IMG/VR virus record: IMGVR_UViG_3300033067_000454
Location: 1 to 25,399 of that record
Length of the DNA stretch: 25,399 nt
DNA from: a virus
Lineage: Duplodnaviria; Caudoviricetes
Reading direction: 5' to 3' (one strand)
Numbering within the stretch: position 1 is the first letter of the stretch; every line of letters begins with the position of its first letter. A program made the translations under genes and the position numbers. The notes under the pieces were generated by a model. The model did not search any database and had not been told where the DNA came from. It worked only from the letters and a program-made list of their open reading frames with translations. Shown piece after piece: positions 1-8,044 of the stretch.

Positions 1-2081
1 AATGTAGCTGTTGATGCTCCTGTAAATAATATTGATGGTTGTGTATATTGAACAAAATCGCCCTGTGCCAATGAACCAGTAGCCCATGATAGTGTGCCAA
101 TAGTATATAACATCTTAGGAACATTTGTACCCGCTGTTTCATTTGATTTATTAGAAACATTAAATCTAAGCTGCGATGTTCCAGAAACGCCTTGCCCAAC
201 ATCAGCAAAATGCCCCAAAGTGCCTAAAGTAAGTCTATTATTGTTACTGATTCTAAAATTTATATCAGTTCCGTTTAAAACGGTTTGACCCGCAGCCGTA
301 GCAAATAAAGTATAATTAGTTGCACTCGGTGTAGATTGGTTCATATATAAGGCACTTGATGATGTTGTGCCGATCAGCCCCTGAAAGTTAACGCCGTTTG
401 TTCCTACACTACCAAAAGTAACACCCGCTGCGTTTGTTGTATGCAGGTTTTGTATCTGGTCAACCCTAAATCCATTTGCATCAACCTTCCACCCGAAGTT
501 TGTCGCAGTTGTACCAGAAACAGCATAAAGATTTGTCCCTGCTAAAATCAAAGTATTAGCTCCTGTCGTCGCTCCAGCTATTAGTTCCGTTGCCGACGTT
601 CTTGAGATAGATGTTCCGGTCCAATTACCACTAACAGATGTTCCCTGACTTTGCAGAGTACCATATGTAGAGTTGTTTTGCCCGAATCTAATTCCTGAAG
701 TTCCCAATGTACTTGTGCTTTGTGCCGCATAATAAACATCAGTCCCCTCAATTTGAACAATGCCACTTGATAAAGAACTTGTAAAAGCAGTAGAACCTAA
801 TTTTAATATAGTACCCGACCACGTAAAAGTTGATGCCCCTGAGATTGTATCCGTTCCCGAACCATAAGCCACTTGAGTAGATGCAATAGAACCCTTTATT
901 TTAGCAGCCGTATATGTTGTGCTAATTGTGCCTAAGTCTCCAGAGCCAAGTAAAGATACGCCTCCAACAGTTTTAATATTTGTACCACTAACTAAGGTAG
1001 CCTGTTTAGCGTTTAGTTGCGTTTGAATTGAACTTGTTGCGTCTAAAAACCCTAATTGAGTTGGGGTAACCGTTGATGATACAAGATTCTTACTCGCATC
1101 TAAGTATGGTACTGTTGATGCTGTTAATTGAGTAAATGTGTATATAGGAGAATCAAGGTTTAATTTTGTATCATGCCATAATTGTATATCATTTGTCCCA
1201 ATTGAAAATACTCCATTAAGATTAAACGCCTGTAATAAATTAGCAGACTCATTCCATGTTAACCCTATTTGATTACCAACACCATCGGAATAAATAGCAC
1301 CAACAGCCGCCTTTAATACCGTACCCGCAGCATCCCCTAATGATAAATAATCGGTTGATGTGGGATTAGATAAAATTAATCTCGTGTTTAATGCATCGTA
1401 TTCTAATAATCCTTTATTAGTGTTAAATAGAATAGAATCCCCAGAGCTAATGTTTATATCCGTTCCCCCTGTTGAATTTCCTAAAGCTAATGTCTGTGCG
1501 AAGGTTTCGTTTCCGGCCTGAGAGGCTATGTATGAAATTAAATCAGTTTGGTTTAATATATTCCCGGTAATACCTCCCCAAGCATAGGTACTGCTATTAA
1601 TAGCAATAGTTTCGTAGTTAATTGTAGGTAATCCCGTAGTATTAACCTCACACGCATCATAAATAAATGGCTGGTCAAAGGTTAAACTAAATTGCCACCC
1701 AGCAACATCACTATCAAACTTCTCATTAAATGGCGAGAAGGTTACATCCTCCTGTACCTTAAAAAAGCCCTCATAATATGGCTGTCTTAATAATGCTAAT
1801 ACATCTTTAGATATTCTCAGGGTATCAGAATAAACCTCATCTAAATTTGAGCTATCCTGATTAACCCAATCGAGTACAATAAAATTATACTTAGGCTTAT
1901 CTGTCTTACCATTAATAACATCATCATCAATCACTACCCATAATGTAACAGGGTTAAGTGCCTCCGATTGGTTAGCGGTGTAATTGTCTAAATCCCCTGA
2001 ATAAAAAGAATTAATATCCCTATGGTTAATAGCAATATCAGAAAATAATTTTAAGAATTGATTATGAGTAATACCAATCAT
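1..2081 (-). CDS. Large virion protein, >693 aa, truncated by the window edge; N-terminal neck/tail-terminator-like domain followed by a Gly/Ser/Thr-rich fibre-like region
   Basis: Absent from the ORF track because it has no stop in the window. Hand translation from ATG 2081 (ATGA overlap with the upstream stop) is open to base 1: MIGITHNQFLKLFSDIAINHRDINSFYSGD...PFNEKFDSDVAGWQFSL...AWGGITGNILNQTDL...NAKQATLVSGTNIKTVGG... The function is inferred. Confidence 0.85.
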   Translation of the reverse strand, partial: MIGITHNQFLKLFSDIAINHRDINSFYSGDLDNYTANQSEALNPVTLWVVIDDDVINGKTDKPKYNFIVLDWVNQDSSNLDEVYSDTLRISKDVLALLRQPYYEGFFKVQEDVTFSPFNEKFDSDVAGWQFSLTFDQPFIYDACEVNTTGLPTINYETIAINSSTYAWGGITGNILNQTDLISYIASQAGNETFAQTLALGNSTGGTDINISSGDSILFNTNKGLLEYDALNTRLILSNPTSTDYLSLGDAAGTVLKAAVGAIYSDGVGNQIGLTWNESANLLQAFNLNGVFSIGTNDIQLWHDTKLNLDSPIYTFTQLTASTVPYLDASKNLVSSTVTPTQLGFLDATSSIQTQLNAKQATLVSGTNIKTVGGVSLLGSGDLGTISTTYTAAKIKGSIASTQVAYGSGTDTISGASTFTWSGTILKLGSTAFTSSLSSGIVQIEGTDVYYAAQSTSTLGTSGIRFGQNNSTYGTLQSQGTSVSGNWTGTSISRTSATELIAGATTGANTLILAGTNLYAVSGTTATNFGWKVDANGFRVDQIQNLHTTNAAGVTFGSVGTNGVNFQGLIGTTSSSALYMNQSTPSATNYTLFATAAGQTVLNGTDINFRISNNNRLTLGTLGHFADVGQGVSGTSQLRFNVSNKSNETAGTNVPKMLYTIGTLSWATGSLAQGDFVQYTQPSILFTGASTAT

Positions 2082-2629
2082 ACGTTCTGTTTTATGTAAT
2101 CACAATCGCAATCATCATCAGTACCTAACCAAATACCCGTTCTGAATGAGTTTTTAATAGGCGAAATATCATCAAGGTCTGTATTACCTGAGTTATATTC
2201 AGGATAAGTAGATGTATTAGCCTCTAAAAAAATAGTTGTTCTCTGTGCATAAACCTCAGCTTTGTGCTTATATCTATCTCTAACCTCTTTTAATTGCTCA
2301 GTCTGTATTGGCTGACTATTATCGCTGTTCTTTTGCATTATCCCTTTATTCATCCAGCGATAAGCTATATCAGGAGCAGACTCAGTCATTACATAATTAA
2401 GTAAAACCTTTTTTAAATGGTCATTAAGTAATGTTGTAACCCTTGCCGTATAAGTTTGAGCGTTAATCTCAGCCTGAACCACATTAAATAGGTCAGTACC
2501 TAATAATGGTTTAATATATATATCCTGACAATAAATAATATTAGGAAATATTACTTTTACGTCTACGTTATTTGAGATAGGACTATTATCCATGATATAA
2601 TCCTCATCTATCCAAAGTGCATCAGCCAT
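2078..2629 (-). CDS. Putative head-tail adaptor/connector protein (183 aa)
   Basis: Lies directly after the portal gene; size and likely helical character fit an adaptor. The call is positional. Confidence 0.55.
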   Translation of the reverse strand: MADALWIDEDYIMDNSPISNNVDVKVIFPNIIYCQDIYIKPLLGTDLFNVVQAEINAQTYTARVTTLLNDHLKKVLLNYVMTESAPDIAYRWMNKGIMQKNSDNSQPIQTEQLKEVRDRYKHKAEVYAQRTTIFLEANTSTYPEYNSGNTDLDDISPIKNSFRTGIWLGTDDDCDCDYIKQNV

Positions 2630-4673
2630 TTTTCTTTCTTCTTACTTTTGTTATTGCTTTCCAAACATGGTTACAATACTGTGTAACCCCTCCGCCTTTT
2701 CTTCCCGTAAATCCACCACGATATACCCACGCATCCTCACCAAAATCATTAGACTTAGAATCAATATCATCCCTTGTCCAATGTTTACCCGAATTACTCG
2801 CCTTCATCATATCAATACAAAACTCATGAGAAGTATCCTTATATCCGGCTGAATTTTTATAATCAGCATTAGGACTTAAAGCGTATTTATATACTGTGTA
2901 AATCTCGGTTTCAACAACAGGCTCAATATCCGATGCCCTATTCAATCCCTTAACAGTTAAATTATACCCAGCTCCCGATGCCTCAATTATCTTAGAGGCT
3001 TGTAACTCGTTTAATTGCTCATTAATATAATCAACATCAACACCCAACTGCTTTGCAAGTATCTCAGGTTTAATGTATGGATCACCCGCCAATAAATCTA
3101 AAATCTTATTTCGCATCTCCTTTACAGAACCCGTAGCAATATCAGCAAACTTAAAGGCTTGTTTCTTCTCGTACTCAGAAGGACTGCAATCTAAAAAACT
3201 CTCCTCTAATACCTCATCATCATTATCATCAATAGCACACGCTAATAAAGCCTCTAATATAGGGTCTTTAGTAGCACTCATAGCCACAGGAAGAATAACC
3301 ATACCGAGCATCTTACGGGCTTTCTTTTCAGGGATGCCATATAATCCAGTTAATATATTTAATTTCTGATTTACATCAGTAACCGTAGTATCTAATATTA
3401 ATTGTTGTAATGTACCCGTAGAACCTACTCCTAATTTTTGAGCAATACTTAAACGAGAGGATGCCTGTTCATCATCAATAGAACTTAACTCAACACCTTT
3501 TCTATCTCTTAAATAGTTTCTCTTTTCTTCAATAGTAAGAACCTCATTAAATGTAGTTTCTCCTAATTCTAACTCCTCGCCTAATGGAGGTAAAGGGTCT
3601 ATGTATAAATTACTCGATGCTACGTTGTTTGAATCAGCAACAATTCTGATGATAGCTAAAATAGCCTCTTGTCTGTTTCTTACATACTCATTTTGAAATC
3701 TCTCCCACTTATCAATAATATTTGTACGTGTCCAGCTTGTAGCATTATCAATACCGATTAACACAGGGTCAATACGGTGTCCTGATGTAATTTTTTGAAC
3801 ACATCTTTTATCCGTTAACTCAAAAGTCTTTTCTAAATCAGATGCCGATAAGTTTGTAACCTCAGCAGCCTTCCCATCAGCATTAACAAAATTGAGCATA
3901 AAGCCCCCAGCGTTTCTCGCACCCGTAAACTTCTTTTTAAACTGACGCTCTATCTCCCTTGCCTCCTCCTCATTAGCTGGTTCTCCATTAAATAAGTTTA
4001 GCATACCCTGAGCCGACATACCGCCCTTAGCAAAACTATTTAAGAAAATATCTATATAAATAGATGTTTCAATGGCATTTAAAGCACCCGTATAATTAGG
4101 GATAGAGTAAACATCAGAGTATCTGTCTAAACTCGGTTTATCAATCTTATGATAGTAAATACATGAACCCGCCTTTAACACCTCGTTATATTCGGGATAC
4201 CATTTCTTCTCTGTAACCTTTTGTCTGTTTGTCCAATCCTCACAATACCAAAACCCCTTTAAATCAGCATCCCTACGGATGCGAGAAGTAGGGATATGAT
4301 AAGTAGAAACTATCTTCCCGTTCTTACCAAAAACAAACTGTAAATAAAACCCATCAATTAACTCGTAATTTAAAGCAATCTTAGGGAGTAAATCATTCCA
4401 CGACTCAAACTGATTGGCATAAGATATAAACTTCTCTAACTTACCATCCACTAAAGGGTCATTGGTTTTATTATAACACAATCCCTTTCCGGCTACAAAA
4501 TTAGCCTTAGAATTGATTATAGCCCCGTTCTCAGCACTCTTTTGATATAAGTCTATAATATACCTATCATAGCGATTATCCTCGCCATACTCGACGTAAT
4601 CCCCTCTTTTATTTATCTTGAATATCGGGGCATTTTCAGCCTCACATTCAATATATATTACTTTATTAGTCAT
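2622..4673 (-). CDS. Portal protein with C-terminal extension (683 aa)
   Basis: N-terminus YGEDNRY...LYQKSAENGAIINSKANFVAGKG and later KFTGARNAG...KITSGHRIDPVLIGI resemble portal proteins of Bacteroidota phages. About 300 additional C-terminal residues follow. Confidence 0.8.
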   Translation of the reverse strand: MTNKVIYIECEAENAPIFKINKRGDYVEYGEDNRYDRYIIDLYQKSAENGAIINSKANFVAGKGLCYNKTNDPLVDGKLEKFISYANQFESWNDLLPKIALNYELIDGFYLQFVFGKNGKIVSTYHIPTSRIRRDADLKGFWYCEDWTNRQKVTEKKWYPEYNEVLKAGSCIYYHKIDKPSLDRYSDVYSIPNYTGALNAIETSIYIDIFLNSFAKGGMSAQGMLNLFNGEPANEEEAREIERQFKKKFTGARNAGGFMLNFVNADGKAAEVTNLSASDLEKTFELTDKRCVQKITSGHRIDPVLIGIDNATSWTRTNIIDKWERFQNEYVRNRQEAILAIIRIVADSNNVASSNLYIDPLPPLGEELELGETTFNEVLTIEEKRNYLRDRKGVELSSIDDEQASSRLSIAQKLGVGSTGTLQQLILDTTVTDVNQKLNILTGLYGIPEKKARKMLGMVILPVAMSATKDPILEALLACAIDDNDDEVLEESFLDCSPSEYEKKQAFKFADIATGSVKEMRNKILDLLAGDPYIKPEILAKQLGVDVDYINEQLNELQASKIIEASGAGYNLTVKGLNRASDIEPVVETEIYTVYKYALSPNADYKNSAGYKDTSHEFCIDMMKASNSGKHWTRDDIDSKSNDFGEDAWVYRGGFTGRKGGGVTQYCNHVWKAITKVRRKKNG

Positions 4674-5088
4674 GTTCTTTATATGATGTTTGATAACCTG
4701 TATATGTCTGTACTGTGGTAGCGGATGAATTAGATACTATCGCTCTGCCCGTTTCCACAACAGTTAAACCCGATGAACTAAACTGAGTCCAATTTGTTAA
4801 CGATGCTATATATGCAGAAGTACACTCATAAATAGTGTATTTCCAACTCCTCGAAGTGTCTAACTTAACCTGATTACTTATCTGCGTAGGGGTAGTTGTT
4901 TCTACAATCGTAAACTTTTGATTCCTTACAGGATATGTACTCGAATCAGTTACATAACAATATCTCGGATCACCACTCTTTTTAAAATCAGAAACAAATT
5001 TTATAACAAATACAGGACTTGTTAGCACACTCTTTTCTGTGCAAGTAGGATAAACATAGTTTGTAGTAGCCCTTGTTATTAATAACAT
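4666..5088 (-). CDS. Small beta-rich virion protein, possibly head closure (140 aa)
   Basis: Thr/Ser/Tyr-rich, first gene after a bipartite promoter motif, overlaps the portal start. Confidence 0.5.
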   Translation of the reverse strand: MLLITRATTNYVYPTCTEKSVLTSPVFVIKFVSDFKKSGDPRYCYVTDSSTYPVRNQKFTIVETTTPTQISNQVKLDTSRSWKYTIYECTSAYIASLTNWTQFSSSGLTVVETGRAIVSNSSATTVQTYTGYQTSYKEHD

Positions 5089-5094
5089 AATCTA

Positions 5095-5122
5095 AAGAGT
5101 GCAAAATTTTACTATTTATTAC
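5095..5122 (-). promoter_or_regulatory. Putative phage late promoter, copy 1 (GTAATAAA-N12-GCACTCTT)
   Basis: Both 8-mers and the 12-nt spacing are identical at 7316-7343 and 16264-16291. Lies just after a terminator and 6 nt before ATG 5088. Confidence 0.8.
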
Positions 5123-5152
5123 AAAAAAACCCCCACCTTACAGGGTGAGGGT
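5123..5152 (-). terminator. Rho-independent terminator after the tail tube gene
   Basis: Minus strand reads ACCCTCACC-CTGTAA-GGTGGGGGT followed by a T run; the G-U pair works on this strand. Confidence 0.85.
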
Positions 5153-5176
5153 CTAACCTATGAACCAGAGAGAAAC

Positions 5177-5695
5177 CTATGCTAATAATGCTGCTACAAT
5201 TCCGCTTGATACCTGATACCAATTATATGGTTCAGAACCAACACCCGATAATTTATAGCCTTTAAAATCGCCCATCGCTGTTCCCGGAACAACATCCATT
5301 TCAGTAATATCAATTCCGTTCTTATAACCCATTAACCAATAGGTATCATCCTGTAATCTTGCAATTACTAATAAACGGTTTTTAATTACATTGTCAAGCT
5401 CAACAGACTTAGCAGCCGTAATACCCTCGATTTGAGTAGTAAATGCGGGAGCATAAACAGTTGTGCCGTTTTCTTTTGAAACAGTAGCCTTACCGTTACC
5501 TGTTGCGATACCCTGACGAACCTCATAAGTAAAAAACTTACTCGATGCAGCACTCCAAGCCGTAATAACACCTGATGCTATTGTTGGACTGTATGATAAG
5601 CCATTAGAAGGAAAAGCAGCAAGGTAAAGGGTTTTTACACCGCCTACATTGTCTTTGCAATCCAATGCCATTGATAAATTGATAGGACAAGCCAT
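5177..5695 (-). CDS. Major tail (tube) protein (172 aa)
   Basis: MAC...LDCKDNVGGVKTLY N-terminus, ENGTTVY, YWLMG.KNG and GTAMGDFKGY resemble Bacteroidota phage tail tube proteins. Follows the capsid gene and precedes a terminator. Confidence 0.7.
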   Translation of the reverse strand: MACPINLSMALDCKDNVGGVKTLYLAAFPSNGLSYSPTIASGVITAWSAASSKFFTYEVRQGIATGNGKATVSKENGTTVYAPAFTTQIEGITAAKSVELDNVIKNRLLVIARLQDDTYWLMGYKNGIDITEMDVVPGTAMGDFKGYKLSGVGSEPYNWYQVSSGIVAALLA

Positions 5696-5708
5696 GTTTA
5701 TTTAATTT

Positions 5709-5731
5709 AAAAAGGGGGTTTTTACACCCCC
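5709..5731 (-). terminator. Rho-independent terminator after the major capsid gene
   Basis: Minus strand reads GGGGGT-GTAAAA-ACCCCC-TTTTT, 7 nt after the capsid stop. Confidence 0.8.
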
Positions 5732-5738
5732 GTTAATA

Positions 5739-6647
5739 TTAGGTATTTAACATTTTTGCAATTAGAGAAGGGAAAGCGAATTGAACACCCATTTTCCACT
5801 CTGCGATGAAACGAATCTCACGAGCCTCTTTTGCATAGAATAACTCATAATTTTCTTCTTCACCCTCTAAGTCAGTACCAATGAAAGTATAATCAGTTGG
5901 CATGAAATAAAGTGCTTTTGTACCACTTAATCCAAGTGTTGGGACAATTTCAATATCAGTACCCTCAGCCTTTAATGCCTCACCGTTATTGTGGTAAAGA
6001 TTATCGATAGTTTGTTTCATTCGGTAATCACGATATTCAGCAGTACCCATGAAAATTTTACCCGATGGCTGTGCTAACATATCATCAGTTAATCCACCTA
6101 CAAATGTTTGCATAATAGTACGTGCATTTGCAACAGACCATGTAGCCGGAGTTGCAGTATAACCAATAGATGCAGCAGCAATTAGTTTTTGTAAACCATC
6201 AAAATGCAATAACTGTTGGTCAGTTGATAAAGTGTTACCTTTCCAGATTGCCATTTCAAGGTCACGAGAAGTTTGTTGCATAATATCACCAACAATCTGT
6301 TCTGCAAAAGTCAAAGTTTCTAACTTAGAACCTTTTTGCATACAAAGCTGAGTATATTTGCTTTCCAAATCTTTCTCACACCATTTCATATAGATAGCCG
6401 GTTTACCAACAGTAAGAGTGCGGTCAGTAAATGTAGTATTAGCCGATGCTGTGAATGAACACGCTTGAGCCTGCCATACTGGAGAGTTAGAAATTAAATG
6501 AATACGCTCAGATGATTTAACACCTGTTTGTTTAGGGAATAACTTTGCAGAGTCCCCTGAAGCTAACATCTTGTAGAGGTAGCTCTTTTTTTCCGCTGAG
6601 TCCTTTGTGTAAGCACTTAAGCCGGATACGTCATAACCTGTTGCCAT
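5739..6647 (-). CDS. Major capsid protein (302 aa)
   Basis: Follows protease and scaffold genes and precedes a terminator. Motifs ACSF.AS..T.FT.R.L.V, C.KDLE, E.AIWKG, FDGL and IGTDL fit this capsid family. Confidence 0.8.
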   Translation of the reverse strand: MATGYDVSGLSAYTKDSAEKKSYLYKMLASGDSAKLFPKQTGVKSSERIHLISNSPVWQAQACSFTASANTTFTDRTLTVGKPAIYMKWCEKDLESKYTQLCMQKGSKLETLTFAEQIVGDIMQQTSRDLEMAIWKGNTLSTDQQLLHFDGLQKLIAAASIGYTATPATWSVANARTIMQTFVGGLTDDMLAQPSGKIFMGTAEYRDYRMKQTIDNLYHNNGEALKAEGTDIEIVPTLGLSGTKALYFMPTDYTFIGTDLEGEEENYELFYAKEAREIRFIAEWKMGVQFAFPSLIAKMLNT

Positions 6648-6670
6648 GTTTGTATTTAGTTTTTAAAGTT

Positions 6671-7297
6671 TTATTTAATGAATCCTAATTTGTCAACCCT
6701 GTGTTTTTTTGTAGTAGGCACTTCAGCGGGTGTATCTGTTTCAACAGAACCGAAAGCCTCATTAAATTCAGTCAATCCAACAATCAAAGCACCTTGTTTA
6801 CCAAGTTTTAACTTTAAGTTTTCAATCTGAATCTTTTGTTTTTCAATAGTATCTTTTAAAGACTTAACCTCACCAAAAGCAGTTTCAAATTCGCTGAACT
6901 TCTCAACAATCTTTGTTACACGCTCTTTAACATCGGTTAAAGTTTCAGCATCATTGTTCATTGCCTCAGCAGCGGGAGCTTTAACCTCAGCAACAACTGA
7001 GTTTTCACCTTCCTGAGCAACAATCATAACCGAATCATCAGGTAAGATATATTCACCAGCGGGCATAGGTACTTCACCTTGCTCACTTACAACGGTTACA
7101 ATAGAACCCTTGTCTAATTTATCGCCTGTGTATTTAAACGGAGTGCCATCTTTTAAAGCACCTTCATTGGCAGTAGGGGCAGTTTCTTCAAACTTAGCCT
7201 CATACTCTTTATATTCTTTTAGCTTTTCGCTAACTTCCTTAGCCTTTGCCTTTACTGTGTCGGGGAGAAAATCCCAAAAACTTTTTTTATCTGACAT
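6671..7297 (-). CDS. Capsid scaffolding protein (208 aa)
   Basis: Acidic, contains GEVPMPAGEYILPD and a C-terminal coiled coil, and lies between protease and capsid. Confidence 0.65.
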   Translation of the reverse strand: MSDKKSFWDFLPDTVKAKAKEVSEKLKEYKEYEAKFEETAPTANEGALKDGTPFKYTGDKLDKGSIVTVVSEQGEVPMPAGEYILPDDSVMIVAQEGENSVVAEVKAPAAEAMNNDAETLTDVKERVTKIVEKFSEFETAFGEVKSLKDTIEKQKIQIENLKLKLGKQGALIVGLTEFNEAFGSVETDTPAEVPTTKKHRVDKLGFIK

Positions 7298-7315
7298 TTT
7301 TCTGCGTTTAATAAT

Positions 7316-7343
7316 AAGAGTGCTAAACCTTATTTTTTATTAC
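7316..7343 (-). promoter_or_regulatory. Putative phage late promoter, copy 2 (GTAATAAA-N12-GCACTCTT)
   Basis: Exact bipartite motif 18 nt upstream of the scaffold ATG (7297), ahead of the scaffold, capsid and tube genes. Confidence 0.8.
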
Positions 7344-7344
7344 T

Positions 7345-7950
7345 TTATTTTAGATTAGAACCATCCAAAGCATCCTGTAACTCCTTAACATCATCATCTG
7401 ACATATTAATCATAGGCTCTCTGTTAAACTTGCCCTCAATGCTAAACCCACGATACTTACCTGACTTAACCTCTTGCCATACCTCCTCATTATCAACCTT
7501 AAATACTCCAAAAGCTGAACCATCTGGCAACTCATTAAACCCTTTAGGAACACCAATACCAAGCTCCTTATTAATAATCCACGATTGATACATAAACACC
7601 CCGTTAAAAGATTGGTTAGGGTTATGAGAGGCATTTGTCTTATCGTTTAGCTTTTGTTTAAAGTGTTTCTGTAACGCTAAATCAATATTCTCAGCATCAA
7701 AAACAACTAAGAACTCCTCACCCGTAGCCTCATCTTTACGGTAAATTGGAAGGTTAGCCACCATTAAAGCTCCCATAACGATCCGCTTTTCTTCATCGAT
7801 TGTCTGAAACTTAAATAAATCAGGGGTTTCATTAAAAGCCATAAAGACCTCGCCCGTAGCTGGTTTATCAACAAAGGCAGTACATATCCAATTAAGAGCC
7901 TCATCATCGGGGTTAATTGTTAATTTATAAATTGGCAATTCTTTTTTCAT
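7345..7950 (-). CDS. Prohead protease, XkdF/Peptidase_S78_2-like (201 aa)
   Basis: EEKRIVMGALMVAN, TNASH, and KVDNEEVWQEVKSGKYRGFSIEG are typical of the XkdF-like family. Confidence 0.8.
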   Translation of the reverse strand: MKKELPIYKLTINPDDEALNWICTAFVDKPATGEVFMAFNETPDLFKFQTIDEEKRIVMGALMVANLPIYRKDEATGEEFLVVFDAENIDLALQKHFKQKLNDKTNASHNPNQSFNGVFMYQSWIINKELGIGVPKGFNELPDGSAFGVFKVDNEEVWQEVKSGKYRGFSIEGKFNREPMINMSDDDVKELQDALDGSNLK

Positions 7951-7994
7951 TGTATGTTAATTTTAATGTTTATATTTGTGTACGTTCTTTTCAT
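7947..7994 (-). CDS. Possible 15-aa upstream micro-ORF (MKRTYTNINIKINIQ)
   Basis: ATG at 7994; its TGA overlaps the protease ATG (ATGA). Too short to validate by eye. Confidence 0.3.
   Translation of the reverse strand: MKRTYTNINIKINIQ
7950..7978 (+). promoter_or_regulatory. Candidate Bacteroidota primary-sigma promoter pointing antisense to the late operon
   Basis: TATATTTG (7971-7978) matches the TAnnTTTG -7 element, with TTG at 7950-7952, 18 nt upstream. Confidence 0.5.
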
Positions 7995-8043
7995 AGCTTT
8001 ACTCTTACCACTTAAAACCCTCGCCTTACATCGGGGGTTTTTT
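7983..8043 (+). ncRNA. Candidate ~60-nt small RNA (ends approximate)
   Basis: Bounded by a plus-strand TAnnTTTG promoter and a plus-strand-oriented terminator, with no plus-strand ORF. Inference only. Confidence 0.4.
8014..8043 (+). terminator. Terminator-like hairpin, stronger on the plus strand, possibly bidirectional
   Basis: AAAACCCTCG-CCTTACAT-CGGGGGTTTTTT. The plus strand gives a U-G pair and a U6 tail; the minus strand gives a C-A mismatch and a U4 tail. Confidence 0.65.
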
Positions 8044-8044
8044 G

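Noticed and set aside
94-766. Track ORFs 94-288 (+) and 581-766 (-)
   Set aside because: Both lie within the long 1-2081 minus-strand frame, one antisense and one out of frame.
6414-6421. Additional AAGAGTGC half-site inside the capsid gene
   Set aside because: The partner TTTATTAC is absent at 12-nt spacing and the site is intragenic.
6545-6605. Two D-S-A motifs in the capsid N-terminus matching the Bacteroidota O-glycosylation sequon
   Set aside because: A three-residue motif is expected by chance, and the host system acts on exported proteins rather than cytoplasmic virions.
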